In this document: positions 35,340-47,982 of the stretch, one piece after another
How the letters are laid out: each line of letters starts with the position of its first letter
Position numbering within the stretch: position 1 is the stretch's first letter
Source of the DNA: Gekko japonicus
Lineage: Eukaryota
DNA: 64,000 bases
Direction of reading: 5' to 3'
Assembly (NCBI RefSeq): GCF_001447785.1
Contig: NW_015177070.1
Location: 73,640-137,639 of the forward strand
Position numbers and translations under genes: made by a program
Notes under the pieces: generated by a model
Databases searched by the model: none
Told to the model about the DNA's origin: nothing
The model's input: the letters and a program-made list of their open reading frames with translations, nothing else

Positions 35340-36950
35340 CCCCTATAAATAGTTGTGCAGCCCAGAGTGTGTTCCCTTTGCCTCCCTCAGACCCTAACCC
35401 AATTTGCCAACGGACAGGCCTGCTGAGGCTTCCGGTTTGGCCGACGCCCGATAAAGACACTAAAGGTACGGCTCCGTGGATTTTTTGTGTGTGCGGCTAC
35501 TATCAGGATTTCTTAGCCATTGCTAACAACAACCTTCAACTTTCTAACCAATTTAACAGCTGGCAGTTGAAGTGCTGGCAGAAATCCCAGTTTGAAGAGA
35601 TAATAAGAGACAATAAGGATATTGCCTCGGCAATTACAGGAGAGAGAAATACATGCAAGTTGGGGAACTTCCCAGAGAAAACCTCATAATATACAGTTTA
35701 ATAGCCTATTGCTTTGGCTGTTGGAGACAAACATCAGAAAAGAGAGAATTTGATGATTAACACCTTAAGAGGGACTCCAATTTGCAAATGAAAGCAAGGG
35801 AGGTTCTATCATAAGAGACTGTTTGGCTGATATTGGAAACATGGGGAAGAAAAGAGCATTCACATTTGAGGAAGATAGCATTCCCCCTCAACCTAAGCAA
35901 ACTAGGCTAGAAGCCTTTTTTCCTATACCATCGCATCCAAACAAATATGAGTGCTTAGAATGCTTAGAAGCAGAGGCCGAGAGGCCAGCTACAACACAGA
36001 CAGCTGATGAAATAAAGGGACAGACGCCCCTTTGTAAATCACCACCTGTGACTGAGCAGATCTCTAATAGCTGGAAGGAGATGGAACTCTTAGCTCAGCA
36101 AACCTATTTGGTGGCAGAAACACTTAAGAAAATATTTACACTGCAGGAGAGGACGCTAGCTAAGCTAGAGGAATTGACAGATGCTGCCGTTGCTAAAAAA
36201 CCAAAGGGTTCCCTAAAGGACAATGAGACCTCACCTGGGCCAAAAAAAGCAGATTTTAGTATTAGATTCAAGGAGGCCAACAAGAAGGAACCCTTTTCAT
36301 TAATATACAATCCAAATTCCCTTGTACTGAATGTATACCCAAGGAGAGGGAGACTTATAGATTGGAGCAAGAAATGGAGAGCAATAGGCCATTTGGCAGA
36401 AATCACTGGACTCACTCCAAAAGCCATTGACCTAGTTGAGGTGGAAAGATTGGGGAATTTTATAAGGTTTGAACGTTTTCTTTTACATTTCCGCTCTAGA
36501 AAAATCCCATCCTATTTGATTACGCAAATCAATAGGCTGAATAAACTGGGCATTAGAATTCAAAGACACTTTAGAAATACTGTAAGACAAGAACTTTTCA
36601 GAGGCTACAAAATCAAAAAGCAGGAAATGCAGGAAAAACCTAGTGGACAAATTAACATAAAGACCTTGGAAACCAGAGTACCAGTCAAACCACTCAATTC
36701 TCAGGTTCTTCTGGATCTACCTGTTCCCTCTAATTTACCCTCACCTATGGAAATGCAGAGAAAAGGGATTCCAACAGATAATCTAGATGCTAAGACTGTT
36801 GCAGAAGACAACAGAGGAGAAAGGACAATCATGGGAAGCAGGGAACCCTTAGAAACGGGAGCAGAGATTGAGGCCAACCTTCTCTCTTCTTTCACAACAC
36901 TGCCCATAGAGGACCAGGATTCTATATTATGCCGGCTAGATACGTTGATC
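35340..36950 (+). mobile_element. 5' part of a LINE: 5' UTR plus ORF1-like frame (family uncertain)
   Basis: A-rich uninterrupted frame from ATG 35841 with basic N-terminus, NKYECL motif, coiled-coil-like segment and RRM-like basic region. No spliced structure is visible. Confidence 0.55.
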
Positions 36951-37423
36951 ACTTTCTCACAAGACAAGAACTCATACTTCAAGCAACATTTTCTTAGAAG
37001 AGCACTATTGAAAGTATGGGAAGAAACTAAAACACTTTTTAATACTAAAATGCCCAAATGCGTTTCACCACACGAAGCTTTTACTAATGCAAATTTATTT
37101 CAGAAAAAACTCATTGTACAGGTATGAAGATATGTTGAATAATAAAAACCAACTAAAGACAATAGAGAACCTCAAAAATCAAGATATGGATATGAATTGG
37201 TGGGAAAGAGCCAAATTAGAATCAAGATTTGTTAAAGATAAACAAATGGGTTTCTAAATGCTCTATGGTTCAATGGGCTCAAAATTTGGGCCATAATATT
37301 TATTTAGATCAGTGGTCTAAGATAAGGAAAACAAATATAAAAAATACCAAAGCAATTTCTTACAAAGAAAATATTTATAATATGTTTTATACATGGTTTA
37401 TTACACCAGAGAAATTATCTACA
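36950..37423 (+). mobile_element. L1 ORF2 C-terminal fragment, part 1
   Basis: HFLRRALLKVWE..SPHEA, MVQWAQNLGHNIYLDQW..KENIYNMFYTWFITPEKL are typical of squamate L1 ORF2. Confidence 0.85.
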
Positions 37424-39096
37424 TCCTTATTCTATTTTCAAGAGGTTTTTTTCTCTGTGCAGATACTTATTTCCACCAACAGGGGGCTCACTCTCCCCCA
37501 ACAGCTTTTCCTACATAGTCAGTAGACTTCCTGGGTTTGTAGAAAAATCCAAAAACTAAAAAAATCCCTTCAGGGACGGCTGAATTCTCCCCAAAACCTT
37601 TTGAAATGGCCTCTGCAGGGATCTGCTTCAGGCATCAAGGGTGAGAGATCAGAATGTGGGGGGGGGGCTTCTAACTGGCTCTGTCAGTAAAAGGGTGGGG
37701 GAAGGGCCCTTTCCAGGCCTATTTCAGCCTTTCAGGGAGGGAGGGAGCCTTGGGAACAGGCCTCACAAGAGTTGCCAGTGCCAGGCTGGGGGATTTCTAG
37801 AGATTTTGTGGTGGACTCTAAGAAGGGCTGGGTTTGGGAAGGGAGAGGCCTCAGAGTCCACCCTCCAAAGCAGCCATTTTCTGCAGGGAGACAGACCTCT
37901 GCTGTCTAGAGGCCAGTTGTAATTCTGGGGGGTCTCCAGGTCCCATTTGGAGGCTGGCAACTCTAGGCCTGGCAGTAGTCTAGGGTTGCCAGGTCCCCCA
38001 TGACTTGCATGACTCACCTAGCCTCGGCTGCTTGCTACCGTTCATCAGCAGCCACCCTATGAAAGCCAGTGAGGTGCAGCAGTTAGAGCTTCAAAGTAGG
38101 GTCTGCAAGACCCAGGTTCAGATCCCCATCTTGCAGTGGAAGCTGACTGCGTGATTTTGGACCAGTCACATATTTCAGCCTAACCAATCTCACAGGGTTG
38201 TGCAGATAAAGAGGAGGGAATAATGAAAGCTGCTTTGGTCTCCACTGTGGAGAAAGACTGTAATTTTCCTAGGTAGAGGCTGGGGGGTGGAGATGGAAAG
38301 CAGAAGACAGAGGGGCAGATAAAGGTAGGTTAGCTGTTGGTTGGGAAGGAAATAGGGTTGCCAACTCCAAGTTGGGAAATTCCTGGACATTTGAGGGGTG
38401 GAGCCTGGAGAGGGTGGGATTTGAGGAGGGGAGGAACTTTGGACTGGTGTAATGTCATAGACTCCACCCTCCAGTCATTTCCTCCACAAGAACCACCATT
38501 GCCAGCCTCCAGGTGAGATCACCCAGAGTTACAACTGTTTTCCAGGTGACAGAGATCAGTTTCCCGGGATAAAATGGCTGTTTTGGAGGGTTGAGTCTAT
38601 GGCATCATACCCTGCTGAGGCTGCTTGCCACCCCAAGCCTCACTGTCTCCAGGCTGTACCTTCAAATCTCCAGGAATTTTCCAACCTGGAGCTGGCAGCC
38701 CTAAGGTGAATTGATCTCTGTAGCTGGGAGATCCCTTGTGATTCCCAAACCGCTGCCACTGCTGCTGTGGGGGGGGGAGGAAGCAGGTTGGTGGCTAGGA
38801 GCACTGCTACCACTGCTGCTGCTGCTCTGCGGAGTGGGGGGTGAAGCAGAAGGAGGCTGGGAGAGTGATGGGGGCAGAAAGAGAGAGAAAGAGTGATGAA
38901 GTGGGGAGGCAGAAAAACAAAGAGAAAGATGACAGGTCAGAAAGAGAGAGGAAGTCACATGCATGGAGGAGAAATAGAGAGTAAGAAAAGGGGGGCAGAG
39001 GGGAGAAATAGTGTGAGAGAGGCAGGGGTGAGGAGAGGAAGCAAAGGTGTGATGAATTAGATAACCATCCCAAAGTTTCTTGTGGGTCTCCACTTG
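37424..39096 (+). mobile_element. Putative non-autonomous Helitron inserted in L1, carrying SINE fragments
   Basis: A|TCCTTATTCTAT...CCCAAAG-TTT-CTTGTGGG hairpin, TCTCCACTTG|T. No TSD. Exact removal restores the L1 frame PEKLST-FYPNMSNDCWKC. Confidence 0.7.
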
Positions 39097-39820
39097 TTTT
39101 ATCCTAATATGTCAAATGATTGCTGGAAATGTCAAAAAAGGTTGGTTCTTTTTTCATATGTGGTGGAGTTGTGAGAAAAGGAAAAAGTTTTGGACTTGGT
39201 TATATGAAATATTGCAAAAAAATTAAAAAGTAATATACCCTTTGTACCAGAATTGTTATTATTGAATATACTTCCAGAAAATTGTAAAAAGCAAGATTCT
39301 TATCTCATTGTACATGCTAGAATATTATATGCTAAATATTGGAGAAGGAAGGAGATACCTTCTAAAGAAGAAATAATAAACAGACTACTCGAAACTGCTA
39401 TAATGGACAAATTAACTTTAATTTTGAAAGGGTATAAAGAGGAAAACTTTGAAAATACATGGTCAAGACTTTACAGTTGGATTGAAGAATACATTGAATG
39501 AAACGTGAATACAACCGAAATAGAGGACAATGAGAAAATCTATATTAAATTATGTAAAAGGTATAGTTAACATGTTTTATATTGGCTTATGCCTCCTGTA
39601 AGCCGCCCTAAGCCCGTGTAGTGGGGAGGGTGGGGTATAAATTGAATAAAATAAATAAATAAATAAATAAAACATTATAAGATGTAGAAACATACTTTTA
39701 TTGAGAGATGTATGGACAACTTAATAGTCAACTCAAAGACTTGGAGATTCTCCCATTGAATGTTTGTATGTATTATTGTTTGTTTTTGTTCGTTTGTCTT
39801 TATTATAAAATAAAATACTT
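39097..39820 (+). mobile_element. L1 ORF2 C-terminal fragment, part 2 (CCHC knuckle) and 3' UTR
   Basis: CWKC..FFHMWWSC, ARILYAKYWR and an A-rich tail. A short L2/SINE-type tail is nested at about 39595-39672. Confidence 0.88.
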
Positions 39821-39834
39821 ACTGGGGGGGGAGA

Positions 39835-40272
39835 GATAGAAGTACTTTTCTCCTTTTCTCACAATGCAAGAACTCGTGAGCACTCAATGACATTGCTGAG
39901 CAGTCAGGTTACACCGAATAAAAGGAAGTCCTTCTTCACCCAAAGAATGATGAACACATGGAATTCACTGCCACAGGAGGTGGTGGCAACTACAAGCATG
40001 GATGGCTTCAAGAGGGAATGGGATAAACATATGGAGCAGAGGTCCATCAGTGGCTCTTAGCCACAAGGTATAGATAGGAACTCTCGGTCTGGGGCAAGTG
40101 ATGCTCTGTATTCTTGGTGCTGGGAGGAGGGCAACAGTGGGAGGGCTTCTAATATCCTGGCCCCACTGCTGGAACTCCTGATGGCCCCTGGTATTTTTGG
40201 CCACTGTGTGACAGAGTGTTGGACTGGATGGGCCATGGGCCTTACCCAACATTGGCTTCTCTGATGCTCTTA
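39835..40272 (+). mobile_element. CR1 3' end fragment
   Basis: Reverse-complement match to 106-540. Confidence 0.9.
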
Positions 40273-40659
40273 CGTGCTTCTCTCATTCAGCCCACCACAT
40301 CTGCCTCTGCCCCTACAACCACCCCTAGCACCTGCAAGGTAATGGTTACATTATCTAGAAGCTCCACAAACTACAAGGTCACACCAAATGGTGAGATCAT
40401 ATGCATTCCAAGATGTTTACAGCACACTTGGGAGGCCTCTGCGTGAGAACTGTTACGAGGTAGCTCTAACCATGGAAAGCGGGCAGCCATACACAGTCAC
40501 TCGTCCCCCCCCCCCAGTTCCCAGCAGAGAAGAAAAACAGGAATGGAAAAGAACAAGGTTACATATGAACTGTAGAAACGCACGTGGATATCCATGCAGA
40601 AATGCATGGCAAGCAAGGCTTGAGCTTGACAGTATCACACATTATTCAATGAAACTGCA

Positions 40660-40850
40660 GGTATACCTTTATTGAATAAGATTAATGAAATTATAAGAGA
40701 GGGAAAGTTACCGCAAACCTGGAGGGAAGGAAAACTGATAGTTTTCCCCAAACCAGGGAAAGACCAAACCTCAACTGCTTTTTATAGACCAATAACATTA
40801 TTGAATTGTGACTATAACTATTTACTACAGTTCTTCCAAGCAGGCTTGAC
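40660..40850 (+). mobile_element. L1/Tx1-type RT fragment
   Basis: LPQTWREGKLIVFPKPGKD..YRPITLLNCDY. Confidence 0.8.
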
Positions 40851-41026
40851 TCGCAGGGCTTTTTTTCTGGGAAAAGAGGTGCTAGAACTCTCAAGAGGGA
40901 AGTGAAGGAGAAACCCACAGGATTCTTTGAAACAATATTATTTTTATGCGCTACAGACTTACCTCACCTTTAAAGCAGTTTCCAAACTTTAGACATGTCA
41001 CCAACCAATGATAACCTTGAAGCAAC

Positions 41027-41459
41027 CAGAGGTCATTTCAGGGGGGGGATCGCGGGGGATCGCAGTTCCCCCGGTGAGGTACGGGGGGGCGGGGCACATG
41101 ACGAAGCCCCGCCCCCTGCTTCCGGCTGCCCCGCTTCCAGCCCTCATTCAGCCAGGAGGAGGCAGGAGAAGAGGGAGGGTAAGTTGCTTCCTCCCTGCCT
41201 CTCCCCACCCCTGCCTGCCTGGGGCCAGGGAGGGCCTTCGCGGGGCTTCCTTGCACTCCCGCCGGCCTTGCAGGTCCACCACCAGGCCCCTCATGGGGCT
41301 CAGCAGTGGAGCTGCAAGGCTGGCGGCGGCGGCCAGGACCGTTGGGGGCGGGGTGTGTGGCCGTATGACACACTTCCGGTGATGTCAGGGGTGTGTGGCA
41401 TATGCTAATGAGTTATGCTAATGAGTTCCCCTAGCTCTTTTTCTACGAAACGACCCCTG
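41027..41459. mobile_element. hAT MITE
   Basis: TIRs CAGAGGTCATTTC / GAAACGACCCCTG; 8-bp TSD GAAGCAAC (41019-41026, 41460-41467). Confidence 0.9.
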
Positions 41460-41560
41460 GAAGCAACCATGTTTTAACATACTTTGTTGGATCAAAGACT
41501 GTTAAGGGATGTTCAACAATTTTTAAAAACAACAAAGATGTTATGGTTTTGACTGACAAG

Positions 41561-41989
41561 GGTCCCTGCCACACGGCAGGAAAAAAACCGGGGAAAGTGC
41601 GGCTAATCAGAGCCGCACCAAAATAGAGATGCCGCGGTGGGATCCCACGGATCCCCTGAGCCGCGGCGCCGTTGCTCCCCAGCACGATCAGATGCCGGGG
41701 AGGAAGCCACGGTTGGGAGGGGGAGGCTGCCGAACCGCGCATGTCTGAGCATGCACAGTTCGACCAGGAGCCGGGGATGCGCCAGCGGAAGGACGCGCCA
41801 GCGATCCCACGGACGGCCTTGATGTGGCCTTCCTGGAAGAACCACCTCGGTAGGTGGTTTATTTTTGCTGCGGGGTTTTGGGCGGAAGGGACGGGCGCAC
41901 AACGCTTCCCAGATGTTGCGGTGGGATCACGCCCGTTTGCTGCGCCCCCAATCCTCTCCCGGCCCAAAACCTCTCGTGTGACCGGGGCC
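41561..41989. mobile_element. PIF/Harbinger-like MITE, CpG-rich
   Basis: Imperfect TIRs GGTCCCTGCCACACG / CGTGTGACCGGGGCC; 3-bp TSD AAG; removal restores the transposase frame RSSLSVKTI. Confidence 0.75.
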
Positions 41990-42498
41990 AAGGAAGACCT
42001 TTCTAGAATGACAAATCAGGTTCATCTGGGAAAATCCCCTTTCACACTCACTGGAGGAAATAGCTATTGTATTGAGAGTATGCTGAATCCAAGACCGTGA
42101 CATTTCTTGGCCATTTCTTCTCTGAATGTTGGGTGTTCTCTGAAGGCTCGAATGGCTTCTCTTTTATTGACCTGAAATCTTCTTGCCAATGTGCCTTTTT
42201 CTTCTTCCCCATAGATAATGTTGTCCCTTGAGTTTGTTGGCCAGTTCTTGGAATCCAGAATCTTCATTGCCTATGTGACATGTTCAGCGTAGACCAGGCG
42301 CCTTCAAGCCTAGCTTTTAGCAGAAAGGTGGGTTATATGGCATGGTTATAAAGTTTGCTCCGCCATCTGGCCTCACCATTTGTCTTTGCAACAGGAAATA
42401 AGACACAGCATGTCATCAGAATGTACTCACAGGAGAAGGCATGTGAATATAGAAAGTAGAAAGCAATATTTCTGTACATAATATTTGTATAGAGAGTA

Positions 42499-42853
42499 AG
42501 GTAAAGGTAAAGGTTCCCTTGCTCGAAAGCCAGTCGAATCCGACTCTAGGGTTGCGGTACTCATCTCCGTTTCAAAGCCGAAGAGCCAGTGCTGTCAAAA
42601 GACGTTTTCGTGGTCATGTGGCCGGCATGACTAAACAACAAGGCGCACAGAACGCTGTTACCTTCCCACCAAAGTGGTACCTATTTATCTACTTGCAATG
42701 TCTTGCTTTTGAACTGCTAGGTTGGCAGGAGCTGGAACTAGAGACGGGAGCTCACTCCGTCTTGCGGCACCCGGGTCTCGAACTGCTGAACTACTGACCT
42801 TCCACAGCCTGCAGTTCAGCGTCTTAACCACTTGAGCCACCGCAGCTCCTCCA
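42499..42853 (-). mobile_element. Sauria SINE (Squam1)
   Basis: (ACCTTT)n tail, tRNA-like head, 11-bp TSD TATAGAGAGTA (42488-42498, 42854-42864). Confidence 0.9.
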
Positions 42854-44334
42854 TATAGAGAGTAGCTGAGTGCAAAATTCTCCCCATATCAATACCATTT
42901 AATCCTTGTAACTCAGTTTCAGCTTCAAAATTATTAAAAGACTCGTTCTTTTTAGCCACCCTATATGCAGGACAGAATATTTTATTGGCTATTTCCTTCT
43001 CTCTTGCTAGAGACTTCATACAGACTGCTTTGAGCTCCCCCCCCCCCCTTTCAGTTATTTTAACTGCAAAGCGGCTCTTACAGCTCTTGCCACGGCAGAG
43101 CAGCTGTGCGAATCCAGAAGCTGGAAGATAAAAACAATGGCCCACCGGGGCTGCGGTCCAAGCCGTGCTGCAGTTGCGTAGGCTGCAGTTGAAGTTCTCT
43201 CTCCCACCCAAACCTCACAGGCTGTGCCTTCACCTTGGTGAGAGCAACAAGTCCCCTGCACTGTCTGGCTGCTTCCCCGCTCGCCTGCACGCTACTGGGC
43301 GTCCCTTCATTTAAATCTTATTCTTAAACACAAAGAGGGCACTTTGCACTGCAGGGCGAGCAGTGAGCACTAACACTTATGGAGGAGAGCAAAGTCCGTA
43401 TTCCGTGGCTGGCCTGTCCCACTGCAGAACCCTAACAGGTACCCACCACGGGAGGCTCGACCCAAAGAGGCAACAACGCACTGACAGGTAAGCAGGGCCA
43501 AGGATCCCAAACTGGCTCCCCCTCTCCCCTCGCTTGAGGCTGGGTGCCGCAACAGCGCCTCTTGCACACAAGCCCAGCACTGGGTTCGTGCGGGAATGGC
43601 AGATCACACCGCTTTGCAGCCCCATGGCCCCTGAAATGCTATGGGGAAAGACCCCAGGAAGGTTTTCCGGGAGATCTGGGTGTGGGATTGCTCGGCCACG
43701 TGCCTGTTTCCCACCCTCGGCAGAGGACAGGGCATGTCTGTGTCTTTTTTTGGGGGGGGGGTGTCTGGCAGCTGCTCCATTGTACGTGGTGAACCAGCTA
43801 GCCAGGCGACCCTGTGACTGGCTGCCTTCAGAATCAGAGCCTCGAGCAGCAACTGCAGCTGCTACTGTGGATGGGTCACCAGCAGTCCGGGAGGATGGGA
43901 CAGGTGAGTGTAATTTGGGTTGTGCCATCATGTGCCGCAAGGGGGGCTCATGGGGTGCCGCCCCCCGCCCCCCAGAGCTGCCTTTGCAGACCCTGTCAGG
44001 ACAACACACCCAGGGGTGATCCCAGCATGGCACTCGTGCCGGCTCACCATGGCTGGATGTATCTCTGTTTTACTTTCCAGCAGGTGGAGATTCAACAGGG
44101 AGATGTGCAGGCCTGGCAAGTCCTGCCTCCCCCCCCCACACACACACCCTGCTCAGTCTGCAGCTGCAGCCCTCATCTTGAAGTAGCCCTTCCAAGTGCC
44201 ACCGGCAGTGCCACCCCACATAGATGTGTGCCATGGAGGGGAGTCTCCTTTGGGCCCAGGGAGGAAGTGAAAGGAGTGTTCACACCTCCCCATGGCTTAA
44301 AGTCTGTGTTGTGCCACAACTGTGTCTCTGTCTG

Positions 44335-44550
44335 TTTGGTTTAGTGGTTAAGTGTGCGGACTCTAATTTTGGAAAACCAGGTTTGGTTCTCCACTCCTCC
44401 ACTTGCACCTGCTGGATGACCTTGGGCAAACCATAGTTCTGATAAGAGCTGTTCTTGAAAAAGAGCAGTTTCTGTCAGAGCTCTCTCAGCCTCACCTACC
44501 TCATGGGGTAGTGAAGGGCAGGGTATAAATCCAATCTCCTCCTCTTCTAC
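44335..44550 (+). mobile_element. Squam3/Ther1-like SINE
   Basis: Colinear with the 14262 copy, with an internal deletion. Confidence 0.85.
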
Positions 44551-44926
44551 ATAACAGGGTCTCCAAACCCCTCCCTATCCCACTCCCTCCCAAGGCCTGT
44601 TGTGGTTGCCTAGCAATGGTCACTTGGAGCATTCATTTCTTAAAGCTGCAGGTGCTGCTTCTATAATTTTGGAAAGTTTTACCCCCCTCCCCAGTTTTTT
44701 TCAAGATTTCAGATTTTTCTGAAAACCTGAGCCTTTTTTCAGGCTAGTATAAATATCTGTTCATGGTTTGTACATGACTTCAGTCTCTGGATTTAATTGT
44801 CCACAGACCTGGCCCCATTGAGAAGTAGATATACTGATGATTCTTTGCAAATACAGTAGTAAAGCATGAGGAAGAGGGAGGCAGATTGGCACTCCTACAG
44901 AGCAGCAGACGTGCCATTCCCCTTCA

Positions 44927-44929
<3 letters not shown>

Positions 44930-45004
<75 letters not shown>
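44930..45004. repeat. (GA)n microsatellite
   Basis: Pure GA run of about 75 bp. Confidence 0.97.
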
Positions 45005-45007
<3 letters not shown>

Positions 45008-46289
45008 GAGTGAGAGGGAGAATGAGAATGTGTTGGTATTTCAGCCAGTCCACTGCAGGGCCTGCCTCTCTGTCCTCCCCCTGTTGCTGTTCCTTCCCAT
45101 ATGTGTCTACCCTCTCCCTTCAGGCCAGGGTGGGGGGAATCTCCACGCTCCGATGGGTGCTTCAACAGAGCCATTTCCAGCTCTGGCTTCCTCAAGGCAG
45201 AACACTTTAGGCCAAGCCCATAGGAGACGCATTGACAGGAACTAGAGGCCAAACTCACAACATTATGAAGTTGTCTTCAACTGAGCCAGACCATCCATCC
45301 ATCTCCAGGAGGTCTCAAGCAGAGAAAGGTCTTTCTGTTCCCTTGAGATCATTTAATTGGATATGCCAGGGCCTAAAACTTGGACGTCCAGCTTGCACAG
45401 CAGGGCCTCTAGCACTGGACTCCTCCCCAAAGGCCCTAACACCAACCCAGTAGCCCAAATATATGCCTGAAAGGGAGGGGCCACAAACACACTGTTCATG
45501 GCATGGGGAAGAGGGGGGGTCACTGGCAAGGCTGGCTGGCTGCTCTCCAGCCCTAGGATGGAAAGGGCTTCAGTGCCTGACGCGGGAGCCCTCCGCCATT
45601 CCCATTGCATCCCTGCAGCCCAGTGGAAAGGTAAGGCGATTGCAACCACCTAGCAGGCAAGTGCCCTTTGCCTCTTGGCTCCTGCAAATCACTCAGCAGC
45701 AGGTGTGGTGGCCTATCCTTCCCTGGACTATAGAATGAAGCCCACCTTGCTGTAAACAGGGGGCAAAAGGGCACATACCCTGGGTGGCACCATGGGAAAT
45801 GCAGTTTTTCTCCTGGGAGGTTTGAGATGAGCAAAGCCTCCACTGTGAATTTCAAAAGCCCCCCTCCCCCTGCCGCCGCCGCCAGAGAACAGGCATGGGA
45901 AGGCAACTGCTGTGTGACTGCTTTCCAGACATACCTCAGTGCACCTTCATTCAAATGCTAATAGATCTATCAGGAGAGATAATACGTGGGTCAAGATCTC
46001 CCCCTTCCACCATGCAGGGAACAGAGGCTTGGAGGTGTTAAATGCTAGAAGGACACCAGGAAGAAAATGTCTATAAGTTTTAGGAAGAGCTTCTCTGACC
46101 TGGCCTGACCATGTCAGTGGGAGGAGGAACAGCTCTGATAAAGACTCCTTGCAACAGGAAGGACCTCTCTTTTCCTTGGGGGCTGCATCCATGAGCACAC
46201 ACAGACCTCTCCACTGGGAAGACAGCCATTGACAACGTGTTCACCTCAAGCTTCAAGGTAAATGAAACTCTATAGGGATCTGTAACATC

Positions 46290-47982
46290 CTAAGCAAAAG
46301 GAGCCTGTCCTATTTTAACTTCTCAGAGGGACTGTTCCCAGGAGCACTTAAGGAAGCAGTAGTACATCCTCTCCTAAAAAAAAAATCTTTGGATCCAGCC
46401 GAATTGGCAAACTATCAACCGGTTTCCAACTTGCCGTATTTGAGCAAGTTAATAGAGAGGGCCGTGGCGATGCCGCTTCAGAGCTTTTTGGATGACGCTT
46501 CCGTTTTAGATCCCTTCCAGTCCGGCTTCGGCCCAGGGCACAAGACGGAGACGGCACTGGTCGCCCTCACAGGTGATCTCCGGAGGCATCTGGATCGAGG
46601 TGGATCAGCAGTGCTGTTGTTGTTGGACCTGTCGGCTGCATTCGACATGGTCGACCATCAGCTACTAGCCTACCACCTCGCCGACATTGGAATTCATGGG
46701 CTTGCCTTGCAATGGCTTGTCTCCTTTCTCCAGGGCTGGGGACAAAGGGTGGCACTGGGGAACCGGCTGTCCTGAAGGCACCCACTTGATTGTGGAGGGC
46801 CTCAGGGGGCTGTGCTGTCCCCAATGTTATTTAATATCTATATGCGCCCCCTTGCCCAGATTGCACGGAGACATGGGCTGGGATGTCACCAGTATGCTGA
46901 TGACACCCAGCTCTATCTGCTGTTGGGTGGCCGGTCCAACTCCAAATCGGAAGATCTTGACCGGTTGTTGCAAGATGTGGCTGGTTGGCTCAGGCTGAAC
47001 CAACTGAAATTGAATCCGTCGAAGACGGAGGTCCTGTGCTTGAGCCAGGGTGGTCCAAGGGCAGGGATCCCACTCCTGACCTCCAATGGGGCACCATTGG
47101 TGCCAGCGCCGGAGGTTAGGAGGCTGGGAGTGCTCCTGGATCCCTCCTTAACAATGGAGGCCCAGGTAGCAGCCCCTGCCAAGTCAGCCTTTTATCATCT
47201 TTGGCTGATTAGGCAGTTGGTTCCCTTCCTTGAATGCAACGACTTGGCAATGGTGATCCATGTGATGGTCACCTCGAGGTTGGACTACTGTGATGCTCTC
47301 TACATAGGGCTGCCCTTGTCACAGATTCAGAAGCTACAGCTGGTGCAAAATGCTTCAGCCAGGCTGCTGATGGGCCTCCCAATACGGGAATACATTCAAC
47401 CTGTGCTGAAGGCATTGCACTGGCTACCGATAGCATACCGAATTCACTTTAAGGTGCTGGTTCTTACCTTTAAAGCCCTTTATGGCCAGGGACCTACATA
47501 CCTGAGGGACCGCCTTTCCCCACATGTCCCCCAGAGAGTGCAGCGATCAGGGTCTCAACCAGGACTAGGGCGTTTTCAGTGGTGGCTCCTCTCTGGTGGA
47601 ATGAGCTCCTGGAGGAGAACAGGGCCCTGCGGGACCTTATGCAGTTCGGCAGGGCCTGCAAGACGGAGCTCTTCTGCCTGGCGTTCAATTAGGAGCCGCC
47701 CCAGAGAAAATGCACCGCCCCCTTGAAATCTCGAGGCAGCCTGAGCCACCTGCACAATATTAGATCGGGACCATCCACCAGGATGGCATGGAAGTTGAGT
47801 GCCATCCCTAATGGAATATTAAACCAGTATCTGCATAATGGTCTTATTTGGATGTTAGCACCTTTTAATGTCGTAATTGTTATATGGTTTTATGACTTTT
47901 ACTATTTATTGTTATCATTGTTGTTTTACCCTGTTGTAAGCTGCCCTGAGCCGGCCATGGCTGGGAGGGCGGGATAAATAAA
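46290..47982 (+). mobile_element. L2 LINE RT fragment with 3' end
   Basis: NYQPVSNLPYLSKLIER, DPFQSGF, LLDLSAAFDMVDH, YADDTQLY, LHWLPI; ends gagggcgggataaataaat; contains a stop and frameshift. Confidence 0.93.

Larger units (their letters stand above)
40854..43080 (-). mobile_element. Fossil hAT transposon with KIAA1586-like transposase remnants, interrupted by three insertions
   Basis: Minus-strand remnants AYRVAKKNESFNNFEAETELQGLNGIDMGRILHS, LDSKNWP..YGEEE, and the hAT dimerisation motif IAISSSECERGFSQMNL..SLSVKTITSLLF. TIR-like CAGGGCTTTTTTT at 40854. Confidence 0.75.

Noticed and set aside
35390-35401. CCCTAACCC telomere-like unit near TERF2IP
   Set aside because: A single 9-mer, expected by chance.
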